Shown here one piece after another: positions 48,700-61,050 of a stretch of 64,000 nt of DNA. Position numbers and translations under genes: made by a program. The stretch is from Eledone cirrhosa (Eukaryota): positions 62,001 to 126,000 of the forward strand of contig CAXHJY010000489.1 of NCBI GenBank assembly GCA_964016885.1, given 5' to 3'. Numbering within the stretch: the first letter of the stretch is position 1; each line of letters begins with the position of its first letter. The notes under the pieces are model-generated. The model searched no databases, was not told where the DNA came from, and saw only the letters and a list, made by a program, of their open reading frames with translations.

Positions 48700-49145
48700 G
48701 AAGACACAGCCAACATCCTAGTGTTGTAGGCTGGTGCCATGATAAAATCTACCCAGATACTTGATAAAGTTATAATGCGGTGCCCCAATAAAATGCTCTC
48801 AATCTACATTGTAAAGAGGAAGTAGTGGTGCCATGGTAAAAAACACCCAGTTAACCCAGTAAGTTGATTATGCTGGGGCCACAATTATAAGCACCCAGAC
48901 CACCACATTATAGAGTAGTGGTATCAGTGCCATGATAAAAAGCACCTAGCTTACTCTGTAAAGTAGTAGTGGTGGTGCTATGATAAAATTCTTCCAGAAG
49001 ATTCTGTAAAATGGTTGGTTGGTATTAGGTAGAACATTCAGTCAGAGAAACCATAAATGGAGCTAGACATAGACACAGAATATGGCAACATGTCTAACCC
49101 ACACCAGCATGGATACTAGACATTAAATGGTAATGATGATGATGA
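48700..49145 (+). mobile_element. Old RTE-3'UTR/SINE-tail relic with several decayed ~50-bp units
   Basis: Repeated ggtgccatgataaaa..cacccag; ends tctaaccc..agcatgg..gacattaaatg..gatgatg. Confidence 0.7.
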
Positions 49146-49629
49146 CACATATACAGACATACTGAGTGACACAGACACACACACAGATATACATGTGTGT
49201 GTGTGTGTATGTTCATTAAACTGTATTATTTAGTGTTTCAACAAAAGAATCATTAAAACTGGTTGGATAAACAATATTATTTCCCTCCATAGCATTGAAG
49301 CAATGACAGGAGAGAGAGAGAGAGCGAGAGAGAGAGAGAGAGACACAATAATAACAACAACAGAGATGACAACAACAATAACAGCAGCAATACCAACAAC
49401 AACAACAGTAACAACAGTAGTAACAGAGAGCACCAGAGTTAATGACAAGACCAGAAAAAAAACTTAAAAAAAGACAGTAGCTCATGATTTCTTGGAAACC
49501 ACAGTTTTGGTGGTGATTTTGATATCAGGAAGATGTTGAGAGAGAGAAAATGATGATGATGATGATGATGGTGATAAGGTGATAGTTTGTACAAAGCCTT
49601 GTGTGTGTTTATTCTGTGTTTTTTTGTTT

Positions 49630-49900
49630 TTGTTTTTCCAGACATTTTTCTGATCTTCTTATTGAGTTGCTGAACCACACCCATCCAGTGTTGCACACTG
49701 AACCTTACCTGGGGTTTTAAGGTTTCAAGGTCGTTAAGTGTGCATGAATCATTGGAACAAACTAGAAGGTGCTCCATAGTTTGTAATTGCCCGCATTGTC
49801 AGTTGGAATAATCATCAGTGGCATATCCCCATTTCTGAAGGTTGGCTACACAACATGCTACTTTTCTGGTCAAAAAGGGGTGCACATTATACATGAATGA
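49630..49900 (-). mobile_element. Vingi/Ingi-like LINE 3' end (C-terminal zinc knuckle)
   Basis: Minus strand NLQKWGY..QCGQLQTMEHLLVC..CTLNDL. Confidence 0.6.
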
Positions 49901-50234
49901 GCACAATACACAGAAAAATACAGTCTTTAGGTCAAGTCTTTGGTTTAACCATTTTGATACCAACCCACCTAAAACCAGCTCTGGTTCTATTTTAAAGTGT
50001 TCCTATTTAAATTAATTCTAACATAATATTCTATAAGAACCTTTTGATAAGCTGTGTTACAAATACTATCTTAATAATGAAATAATAAGTAAATCCCTCT
50101 AAATTCTTCATTAATTTAATTCAAACACAATGTATTATATTAGAAATATGGCAATGAAAGGGTTAGGATAGCTTCTTCTCTCCATCTCACCATGTCTCAG
50201 AAACTTTGGAAACTATCATAGACTCTACTTTTTC

Positions 50235-51067
50235 TTCCCTAACTAAAGAATTTATCTACCGAACCCTCCCATACTTTGATAGCACTTGTTTCCTGTAGTT
50301 GTTTGCTGCTTACTGTCCCGGTGCAACTGCTACATGTAAAGCCTACATTCTTAGCTAAACTTCTTGAGATCCCACTACATCTCTTGTGTACCCATAGTTT
50401 GCATTTGAGGCAGAGGATGGAATTTCTACCTACACCTTTCCTACATACTGAGTAAGGCCATTTCCTTGAAGGGATCTGGACTCTGCTTTCTCTTCTACTT
50501 ACTAGCACCTTAGTCTTTGTCAGGTTGACTTTGAGACCCCTTCTTTCTAGGCCCTGCTTCCATGTTTGGAATTTCTTCTCTAGTTCCATCATGAATTCAG
50601 CTATGAGTGTAAGATCATCCGTGTACAGGAGTTCCCATGGGCAGCAGTTCTTAAACTCCTCTGTTATAGCCTGCAGTATGATAATAAACAGGAGAGGGTT
50701 AAGAACATAGCCCTGGTGGATGCCTACCTGTACACTAAATTCATCGCTATAATCATTGTTAATCCTAACTTTGCTCATCTACTCCTAGTTTTCTAAGAGT
50801 CCACCAGATTATGGCACAGGGCGCTCTGTCGAAAGTTTTCTCCAGATCCTCAAATTTCAGGTAGAGTGGCTTACTTTTAGCTAGGTACTTTACCTGTAAC
50901 TGCCTCACAAGGAAGAGCACATCAGTGGTGCTTTTGCCTGGTACAAACCCAAACTGCATCTCATCCAGATTTACACTGTCCCTAATCAGTTGTGCTATAA
51001 CTCTTTCAGTTCCTTTCATGACCTGGTCCATCAGTTTTATATCTCTATAGTGTCCTCTATCTAGTGC
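50235..51067 (-). mobile_element. RTE family A internal RT fragment
   Basis: ORFs 50239-50778 and 50765-51031. Confidence 0.92.
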
Positions 51068-51089
51068 ATATATGTATACATATATATAT

Positions 51090-52670
51090 ATTAGAGAAGA
51101 AGTTCCAAACCTGGAAGTATGACCTAGAATCAGAAGGTCTTAAAGTTAACTTGTCAATGACAAAAGTTCTAATATGTAGAAAGGAAAACGGCCCAGATTC
51201 CTTCAGGGAAATGGCCTTGCTCAGTGTGCAAAAAAGGAGTAGGTAGAAGTTCGATCCTATCTCCCAAATGGAAGCTATGGGTACATAAAACATATTGTGG
51301 GATCACATGCAGGCTATTAAAGAATGTAGAATTTATAACAATGCACAGGTACAGTAAGTAGCTAGAGCTCACAGGATACTAGCTCCTTCAAATACCAGAT
51401 GGCTCTGTAGAAATAGTCGACAGTTTCCATTACCTGGGTGACCAAATAAGCAGTGAAGGAGGGTGTTCCAAAAGTACAGTGGCCAAAGTAAGAATGGGAT
51501 GGAGAAAATTCTGGGAGCTACTACCGCGGCTAGCTACAAAAATCTTTTCTTTCAAAATGAAGGGCAGATTGTATGAGGCATGTATACAAACAGCAATGTT
51601 GCATGGTACTGTGGCAGAGGATCTGCAAAGATTGGAAACAAATGAAGCCTGCATGTACCAATGGTTGTGTAATAGTAATATACATGACCAACAAAGCGTA
51701 AATGAACTCAGAGAGAAATTGGGCATAAGAGGGATGAGATGCAGTGTGCCAGAGAGGAGATTGCTTTGGTATGGCCATGTGATGTGTATGAAGCATGACA
51801 GCTGTATAAAAAGGTGCAGGGTGTTCAAAGTTGATGGAAGCTATGGAGTAGGAAGACTTGGAATGAGGTGATAAAAGCTGACCTTGTACAATTGCACTTC
51901 TCAAAGACAATGACACAGGATGGAAATCTTTGGTATTATGCAGTAATACAGAAAACCTGCCTTCCCATGCACATGGATTAAAGAATACATACATCTAGTA
52001 TGCACCTCTTAACCACTATCCTCTCTCCCCCTTCCATACATCTCCCACACCCTATCACTCCCCTCACATCTGGTCATACCACCCTTCACCCATGCCTTTA
52101 AACCCCCTGCCCCAGTCCACACTGTAAAGTTGTAATGTTGGTATCATGATAAAAAGCTCACAACTCAGACTGTAAAGTGGTCATGCTGTTATCACAATAA
52201 AAACACCCAGCCCACACTGTAAAATGTTTGTGTAGGTGTCATGACAAAAAGCACCCAGCCCACACTGTAAATTGGTTGTGTAGGTGTCATGACAAAAAGC
52301 ACCCAGCCAATACTGTAAAATGTTTGTGTAGGTGTCATGACAAAAAACACCCAGCCCACACTGTAAAATGTTTGTGTAGGTGTCATGACAAAAAGCACCC
52401 AGCCAACACTGTAAGATGGTCATGTAGGTGTCATGACAAACAACACCCAGCCCACACTGTAAATTGGTTGTGTAGGTGTCATGACAAAAAGCACCCAGTA
52501 CACACTGTAAATGTAGTTGGTGTTAGGAAGGGCATCAAGCCATAGAAACCAAGCCTGAAACAACTCTGTATGAGCAAAACGCGGTCACTTGACCCGACTT
52601 GCTGTGAATGGGTCAACCTGTCTAACCCATGCTAGCATCGAAGATAGACATTAAACGATGATGATGATGA
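51090..52670 (+). mobile_element. RTE 3' fragment with expanded 3' UTR array
   Basis: LEKKFQTW.. through the C-terminus, UTR and ATG tail. Confidence 0.9.
52105..52520 (+). repeat. 48-bp tandem array inside an RTE 3' UTR (about 7 clear and 2 degenerate units)
   Basis: aaaagcacccagcccacactgtaaa..tgtgtaggtgtcatgaca. Confidence 0.92.
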
Positions 52671-52687
52671 TATATATATATATATAT

Positions 52688-52688
<1 letters not shown>

Positions 52689-52719
<31 letters not shown>

Positions 52720-53392
52720 TTTACGTCTGCTTTTCCCTGCTTGCAAGGGTGGGACGGGTCTTATTCAGCACAGCATCTCTCCACTCGTCACGATCCTTCG
52801 TCATCTCCACCGTGAGCTTCAATGATCTGAGGTCTGTTCTCACCACCTCCGCCCATGTTTTTCGTGGTCTACCTCTACCACGTCTTCCTTCAACTGGCAA
52901 TTCCTGGCACTTCTTCACCCATCGGTCATCCTCCATGCGCATCACATGTCCATACCACCTCAGTCTCCTCTCCCGTATACTACATTCCATCTCTCTCAGA
53001 CACAGTTTCTCTCTCAACACATTTATGCTGGGTCGTTCACGCACATTTACACTGCACATCCAATGGAGCATGCTTGCCTCATTTCTCTCCAGCCGTCGCA
53101 TATCCTCTGCAGTTGCTGCCCATGTCTCACTACCATGCAGCATCGCGCTCCTCACACAGGCATCATACAACCGGCCTTTCGTACGCAGGGAGAAACCCTT
53201 CTTCGTCAACAGAGGAAGCAGCTCCCTAAACTTCTTCCAACCCGTCCTTATTCTAGATACTATGGCCTCGGAACACCCTCCTCCCATGCTAATCTGATCT
53301 CCTAGGTACCGGAAGCTATCCACCACTTCTATAGCGCTCTCCTGCATCTGAAAAATGTGTCTATCAATGCGACTTCCACTGTCTAATTTCCC

Positions 53393-53397
<5 letters not shown>
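52689..53397 (-). mobile_element. RTE family C 3' fragment; ORF runs directly into the (ATG)n tail, with no long UTR
   Basis: Uninterrupted 208-aa ORF ending KTRPTLASREKQT*. Confidence 0.93.
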
Positions 53398-53438
<41 letters not shown>

Positions 53439-53691
53439 TACAGAACATCTTCTAAAGCTAGAAGGCTTCACCTAGCTTTAGGTTGCTTAACTAAGAATAT
53501 ATCCCCAGGGAAAAATGCTGCTTGTGAAGTGTTCATCTAAATTACTTTATTGATATCTACTCCTCAGTGATTTTCTATAAGATGTTCTATATGTATTTGC
53601 TTCTTTCAATGAGAATATTTTTACCATTTTATTTTCAGTGAGATGTCATGTATATTGGTGACAAATTTACCTATGTATAATATTATATATA

Positions 53692-54061
53692 TATATTGTT
53701 ATACTTTAGGAGTATCATGCTGCCAATAAGAACACTTGTTGGTTTTCCCTTCAATGTATTATAAACTTCCTGCTGGTTACTTTAATACCTGGATGGTCGT
53801 TTATTTGTTTATTGTCAAAGCTCTTACATCAAACATTCTGTGACCTCCCCAGTGTCTAATTTGTTATTTTTCTGTCTTACACCATCTTGTTTTCTGTCCT
53901 ACACCATCTTGTTTTCTGTCCTACACCATCTTGTTTTTGACAAACAAATAAACAACCATCCGGTTATTAAACCAAATGGAAGTTTATAATACATTGAAGT
54001 GAAAACCAAAAGATGCATGTGTTTTTATTGGCAGCATCATGATCCCAAAGTATAACAATAT
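53692..54061. mobile_element. MITE with ~125-bp TIRs and internal 22-bp repeats x3
   Basis: atattgttatacttt..atgctgccaataa..cttcaatgtattataaacttcc / ggaagtttataatacattgaag..ttattggcagcat..aaagtataacaatat. Confidence 0.82.
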
Positions 54062-54734
54062 CTGTTTCAGCATACGTTTTCACATAAGGAACTTTACAAA
54101 ACAAAGTATAAATATATATGTAATGTGTATAGTAATAATAAGTATGGAGACCAAAATCCGAAGAGGACTCGATAAAGATTTTTTATATATATTATAAAAG
54201 TATATATATAAACCCGTAGAGCAAATATTTATGGATAGTACAGATTAAAGTGTAAGCAAAGAATTTCTGCTTTCACCCTATTACGGGATATATGGAGATT
54301 TTGTTGCTACTATGAGCATTGCCTAAGACACCAGAAGAAATTATTTCACTGGGATTCCCAGTGGGTGGTTTGAAGGAGATTTAATGTTATTTGTAATAGG
54401 TTTTTTTGTCATGTTTATATGTGTGTTTATATATATATATATATGTGTGTGTGTGTATCCTGTAACATAGGGTTTATTTTTTCTTTAAAGAGATCGCTAA
54501 AATAAGCGTCTATCAATGTTAACAAAATTGATTGAAAGCAGACTACAATTGCTGGTGAAGAAAGAAACACACACACACATATTTATGTGTGAGTGTATGA
54601 TTTTTGTATGTGTGTGTATAAGTTTATAGTATACAATGATGAACTTTCTTTCCACCTCTTCCATATAAAGCATGAAACTGATAAGACTTTTTATATCTCT
54701 GTTTTTTTCATTTCCTTGACCTATATATATATAT

Positions 54735-54978
54735 GTGAAGGTACATGGCTTAGTGGTTAGAGCATTGGGCTTGCAATCCAAAGGTTGTGAGTTCAATTCT
54801 CGGACTGGGTGATATGTTGTTTCCTTTATTTCACGTTGCTCCAGTTTACTCAGCTGTAGAAATGAGTACCGGCCTGCCCGCCCAGCGTTATCTTATGGCT
54901 AAAACAACACAACGTGCTGTGACCAGTGGCGACGATTGGCACCCGACAGACTGGTCGGTCAAGGTGATCAAGGTGATA
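54735..54978 (+). mobile_element. SINE family 2 head with a third tail type (ending tcaaggtga repeats)
   Basis: Same A/B boxes; diverges after gtagaaatgag. Confidence 0.75.
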
Positions 54979-55730
54979 TATATATATATATATAATTGTG
55001 TCTAGTTTAGGCACAAGGTCAGCAATGTTTGGTGTGGGAGGGAAAGTTGATTAAATTGAACTCAGAATGTAAAGGGCCGTACTCTATGCCGCGAAGCATG
55101 TTGTCCGACGCTCTACCGATACTGCCAATCCACCATAACTTTTCATTGAAAGTATACTGGAATATTGTTTCTTGGTTCAGCATTAAAATAAATAAAACAT
55201 AGATTTGGGTTTTCTTTCTATCATAAAATATAATACAATGTATGATTTGAAGGAGGTTTGGCTGTTGTATCTAGCATTTTCTTTTATATAAATTTCAAAG
55301 TTCGGCTGCCGTTTCTAGCAGTTTTGTTAACCAATAAGATGTCCACAAGCAATGTCGAAAGTTACATATTTACCTCCCTTTGACCGTAACATCATTTATC
55401 TTCATAACTTTCATAATAATTCTTATATGTTGTTGCATTTTTATAGACATACTTATTAAAGTGTAGAGATACTTATTAAAGATTACAGGGCTGGAAGGTA
55501 ATATATAAATTTGAAGTAGATTTGACCAAGACTAGTATATGTGATTAACGGTATATTTCTATGTTATTCATCTCATTTTTTCACAAATTAAATGTATCTG
55601 TGGCCAGAGGCAGATTTCTTTGCTACTACAAGCATTACCTAAGTCACCAGAAAAAAACTTATTTCACTGATGTTGCCGTAATTTTACAAAAGTGTGTGGT
55701 TTGTGGGAGACTTATCGAGGGGGCAGCCAT

Positions 55731-55795
<65 letters not shown>

Positions 55796-56368
55796 TATAT
55801 ATACATACATATATATATATCACCATCATCATCACTGGTTTACGTCCATTCTTCCATGCTAGTATGGATTAGACGAGTTCTCCTGTTATAGGCAATACTA
55901 GGTCAAGTGACCATGCTTTCTTTATACAGATCTGATTTTTCCTTGGTTTCTACAGCTGGATGCCCTTCATAACGCCATCCTCATTTACAGTGAATACTGA
56001 ATGCTTTTTGTCGTAATACCTCCACGACAACTTTACAGTATGGAGTGAGTGTTTTTTGTTGAGACACCTATACGACCACTTTACAGTGTGGGCTGAGTGT
56101 TTTTTGTTGAGACACCTATACGACCACTTTACAGTGTGGGCTGAGTGTTTTTCATCGTCATACTTACACGACCCCTGTACAGTAGAAGGGTCGGGTGAGG
56201 CAGGGCATACTTTATATATGCTTCAACTTCAGCCTGTGTCCATGGCAAGTCGGGTTTTCTGTATTACTACCTAACACCGGAGATCTCGGTACTGTGTCAT
56301 CACCTTTTCGAGGTGCAATTGGGCAATATATATGCGTGTGTGTGGGGCGTGGGGGGCGTGTGTGTATG

Positions 56369-56399
<31 letters not shown>

Positions 56400-56496
56400 G
56401 TGTTGCCCAATTCACCTCTCAAATGCGATGTTAAAGGCAATGTCGAAAGTTACATATTTACCTCCCTTTGACCGTAACATTATTTATCTTCATAAC

Positions 56497-56597
56497 CCGC
56501 CGAGGTTAACTTTGCCTTTCATCCTTCCGGGGTCGATAGAATAAAGTACCAGTAATGCACTGGGTTATTGCTGGCCTTGTGCCAAAAAGTAGAAACA
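56497..56597 (+). mobile_element. 5'-truncated SINE family 1 with an 18-bp TSD
   Basis: attatttatcttcataac at 56479-56496 and 56598-56615; empty sites in the paralogous blocks. Confidence 0.92.
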
Positions 56598-56953
56598 ATT
56601 ATTTATCTTCATAACTTTCATAATAATTCTTATATGTTGTTGCAATTTTATAGACATACTTATTAGTGTGTAGAGATACTTATTAAAGATTACAGGGCTG
56701 GAAGGTAATATATAAATTTGAAGTAGATTTGACCAAGATTAGTATATGTGATTAACGGTATATTTCTGTTATTCATCTCATTTTCTCACAAATTAAATGT
56801 ATCTGTGGCCAGAGGGAGATTTCTTTGCTACTGCAAGCATTACCTAAGTCACCAGAAAACTTATTTCACTGATGCTGCCGAAATTTTACAAAACTGTGTG
56901 GTTTGTGGGAGACTTATCGACGGGGCAGCCATGATATATATATATATACATAC

Positions 56954-57033
<80 letters not shown>

Positions 57034-57824
57034 GTTATCGTTATGGCAGTCCACTTAGATGTAATTCAGTTGGAGTAGTTCGTGTAGTGGATAGTATTAA
57101 CGTGTGGCTTAGCTTGACTCAACAAGACGTTTCCCTAGTGATGCTGCGAGTTCGCGGTGATTTCTATGTAGTTTATACTTGGAGTAATAATAATTCAAGA
57201 AAGAAGAGTGACATAGTTCGCTATACAATAAGGGCTTTATTCAAATTGCTGACAATTGTTTCTTTGATCTGGTAGGTCTAGAGTTCGCTGTACGCCTGAT
57301 TATGCGCCAATCGATCTCCAATACTTTGTTTATAACGAGTCGTTTTTATCAGAGCGGGCGAAATGAAGGCATGGTTTGAAGGCAAAATGAAGGCATGGTT
57401 TTTATATAGGTGTGGTATTAAACCAGAACAATAATATCAATGATAAAATAAAATAACTAGATAGAAAATAGTTAAAATAATAACATCAATATAAGTAAGA
57501 GATAAAGTATAATGAAGAATCTAGCATGTTAAACAAACTGATATGATACGGATGTATGGAATTGACGTTTGAAAACTATATCTATATATATATCTCCATC
57601 ATCATCACTGGTTTACGTCCATTCTTCCATGCTAGCATGGATTAGACGAGTTCTCCTGTTATAGGCAATACTAGGTCAAGTGACCATGCTTTCTTTATAC
57701 AGATCTGATTTTTCCTTGGTTTCTACAGCTGGATGCCCTTCATAACGCCATCCTCATTTACAGTGAATACTGAATGCTTTTTGTCGTAATACCTCCACGA
57801 CAACTTTACAGTATGGACTGAGTA

Positions 57825-58117
57825 TTTTTTGTTGAGACACCTATACGACCACTTTACAGTGTGGGCTGAGTGTTTTTTGTTGAGACACCTATACGACCAC
57901 TTTACAGTGTGGGCTGAGTGTTTTTTGTTGAGACACCTATACGACCACTTTACAGTGTGGGCTGAGTGTTTTTTGTTGAGACACCTATACGACCACTTTA
58001 CAGTGTGGGCTGAGTGTTTTTTGTTGAGACACCTATACGACCACTTTACAGTGTGGGCTGAGTGTTTTTTGTTGAGACACCTATACGACCACTTTACAGT
58101 GTGGGCTGAGTGTTTTT
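57825..58117 (-). repeat. Six near-identical 48-bp units in an RTE 3' UTR relic
   Basis: gttgagacacctatacgaccactttacagtgtgggctgagtgtttttt at period 48; two units in the paralog at 56058. Confidence 0.95.
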
Positions 58118-58289
58118 TATCGTCATACTTACACGACCCCTGTACAGTAGAAGGGTCGGGTGAGGCAGGGCATACTTTATATATTCTTCAACTTCAGCCT
58201 GTGTCCATGGCAAGTCGGGTTTTCTGTATTACTGCCTAACGCCGGAGATCTCGGTACTGTGTATCGCCTTTTCGAGGTGCAATTGGGCA

Positions 58290-58336
<47 letters not shown>

Positions 58337-59202
58337 TGTGTTGCCCAATTCACCTCTCAAAGGCGATGTTAACCTCAGCGGGATTTGAACTCAAAAGGTA
58401 AAGGGCCATACTCTATGCCGCGAACCATGTTGTCCGACGCTCTACCGATACTGCCAACCTACCATAACTTTTCATTGAACGAATACTGGAATATTTTTTC
58501 TTGGTTTATCATTAAAATAAATAAAAAAGAAATTTGGGTTCTCTTTCTATCATAAAATATAATACAATGTATGATTTGAAGGAGGTTTGGCTGTTGTATC
58601 TAGCATTTTCTTTTATATAAATTTCAATGTTCGGCTGCCGTTTCTCGCAGTTTTTTAACCAATAAGATGTCCACAAGCAATGTCGAAAGTTACATATTTA
58701 CCTCCCTTTGACCGTAACATCATTTATCTTCATAACTTTCATAATAATTCTTATATGTTGTTGCATTTTTATAGACATACTTATTAAAGTGTAGAGATAC
58801 TTATTAAAGATTACAGGGCTGGAAAGTAATATATAAATTTGAAGTAGATTTGACCAAGACTAGTATATGTGATTAACGGTATATTTCTATGTTATTCATC
58901 TCATTTTCTCACAAATTAAATGTATCTGTGGCCAGAGGGAGATTTCTTTGCTACTACAAGCATTACCTGAGTCACCAGAAAAAAACTTATTTCACTGGTG
59001 TTGCCGTAATTTTACAAAAGTGTGTGGTTTGTGGGAGACTTATTGAGGGGGCAGCCATCATATATATATACATACATACATATATATATATACACACATA
59101 TATGTGTATATAGATATATATATATATATGAGCGGAACAAGTAAACATTAAACAATCTTTTAAATAAATTAAAATACGATTTAAATATTTACCTCTTCTA
59201 GT

Positions 59203-59282
59203 GCCATGACCGACGGTTTCGCTTATCAAAAGATTGGAAATTTAGAGAATTTCCAATGGAAAGATATAGCTCTTCAGATAGC
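59203..59282 (-). ncRNA. Type I hammerhead ribozyme with a long stem II and GUC site
   Basis: Minus strand: gctat CTGAAGA gct..attggaaatt-ctcta-aatttccaat..agc GAAA ccgtcg GTC atggc. Confidence 0.82.
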
Positions 59283-59583
59283 TTTTCCAAATCTACTAGA
59301 CATAAGTCCATATAGATGTAGATATATCACCCTCTGCCCAGTGAATGAATCAAGCCGTTAAAATGACCCACACACTTATTGGACCGTTAGAAAAAGTGGG
59401 AATTATAGACTCGCTGATATTTCCTGCTGCTAGAAATAGCAGCATGATACAGCATATTTTTTTCTCTACATTAAGGAGAATTAGATAAATGATATAGATA
59501 TCCCAGTAGGTACTAGGTACCCACGGAAATATATATGGTGTCTATAATAGTGGTTGTTCTATGGTACTAATTTGAGATACCAG

Positions 59584-59628
<45 letters not shown>

Positions 59629-59647
59629 CATATATATATATACATAT

Positions 59648-59890
59648 ATCACTATCCTCATCACTGTTTTACGTCCATTCTTCCATGTTAGTATGGATTT
59701 GACGAGTTGTCCTGTTATAGGCAATACTAGGTCAGGTGACGATGCTTTGCTCATATAGAACTGATTTTCCCTTGGTTTCTACAGCTGGATGCCCTTCCTA
59801 AGGCCATCCTCATTTACAGTGAATACTGGGTGCTTTTTGTCGTAATACCTCCGCGACCACTATACAGTATGGACTGGGTATTTTTTGTTT
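59648..59890 (-). mobile_element. RTE 3' UTR fragment
   Basis: Homologous to 55820-56055. Confidence 0.85.
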
Positions 59891-60139
59891 TCGGCCAATG
59901 CTATCTTTAAATTACTGGGGTCGGGGTACTGAGGCTACAAAGGCCCGATGGGCTGCCTCGGGGTAGGCGAAAGGGGAAAAACGAAAAGGAAGAGGATAGG
60001 GAGTGGAAGGAAGTGATAGGAATAGACAAAGGGAAGAAGAAAATAGAAAGGAAAAGAAAAGAGGTACATCTACCTATGTTAGCTGGGGTTTCCCCTATCT
60101 TGTTCGGCAAGTGGGGAAAAAGAGGATGTTGCTGCCATT

Positions 60140-61050
60140 GTCTACCCACCCGGGTCATTAGGGGGTTTGAGGGCGAGGTAAGTCCTATGCAATCGGTGTT
60201 TGCATGCAGTTACCAGTTCGTCCTTTTTGTTTAGGAGTTGGTCCTTCGTAAACAGCATTTGTAATGTTTCCTCCGAGCATAAGTTACATGGACAGTGTCC
60301 TCCCGTGTAGGAGTTAGCCCTGGACAGTAAGTTCCAAGTAAGATTGTATGTTATGTTATTATCTTGGAGGTCCCAGATGTGGCGCGAACGTGTAGTGGCA
60401 TGTCGCCGGGCCGGGTTTCGAAACGTATGTCGGTGTTGGTAGAGCAGGGTCTTAAAGTCACAAGCGGTTAATCCTATATAAGCTTTGTTGGAGGTGTCCG
60501 TCCTCACGTTGCATTGGTAGATCACGTTACGTTCTCGGCATCTGTTGTTGAGGGGGCACGTAGATCTATCAGGGCAGTTACACCTCCTGGTCGGCTCTCC
60601 ACTAATGTCTAGGTTGTTTCTTCCATAGAGGTTGAGTTTTTTGTTGTTTGAGGAGGCGATGATTTGTGCGAAGTTGGGTGTGGTGCTGTAGGAGAGTTTG
60701 ATAGTGTTTTTGTCGATTATGTTGTGGTAACGGTGTTGTGGTGGGAAGTGTTTTTCGAGGAGCCTAAAGAAAAATTTTCCCGATAAGTGTTGCCACCTCA
60801 GCATTGTGGGGAGGGTTGAACCACGTTAGTGGCAGCGTCGCTTGCTGGTTCCGCTAAGGGAAGCTGGATAATCTGCTCATTAGCGGACAAACGATATATG
60901 CGGAGGGAGATGTTTTTAACCGGGTTATTGGTGATGTTTCTAGGATGGTTAGAGCGGAGGTGGATGTCGTTTGGTTTTTTATATGGGTAGTACAGATAAT
61001 TTTCGAGGTTGAGGGTAACGTCCAGGAAATTGACTCGGGTTAGATAGAAA
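60140..61050 (-). mobile_element. Penelope-like element: RT thumb remnant and GIY-YIG endonuclease
   Basis: VNFLDVTLNL..PYKKPND, IKLSYSTTPN, CNC..CPLNNRC..VIYQC..YIGLT..HRH, CNLCSEE. Confidence 0.92.

Larger units (their letters stand above)
55057..59062. repeat. Recent complex local segmental duplication, block order C-A-B-A'-X-B-C-A
   Basis: C 55057-55347/58383-58675; A 55348-55730/56437-56932/58676-59060; B 55820-56432/57595-58372. Confidence 0.9.

Noticed and set aside
50235-52670. Twin-priming 5' inversion of a single RTE
   Set aside because: The two pieces overlap in element coordinates, differ in sequence and are separated by (TA)n
57825-58117. CRISPR-like array (also 52105-52520 and 20345-20595)
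   Set aside because: Contiguous tandem units without unique spacers, no cas genes, eukaryotic context
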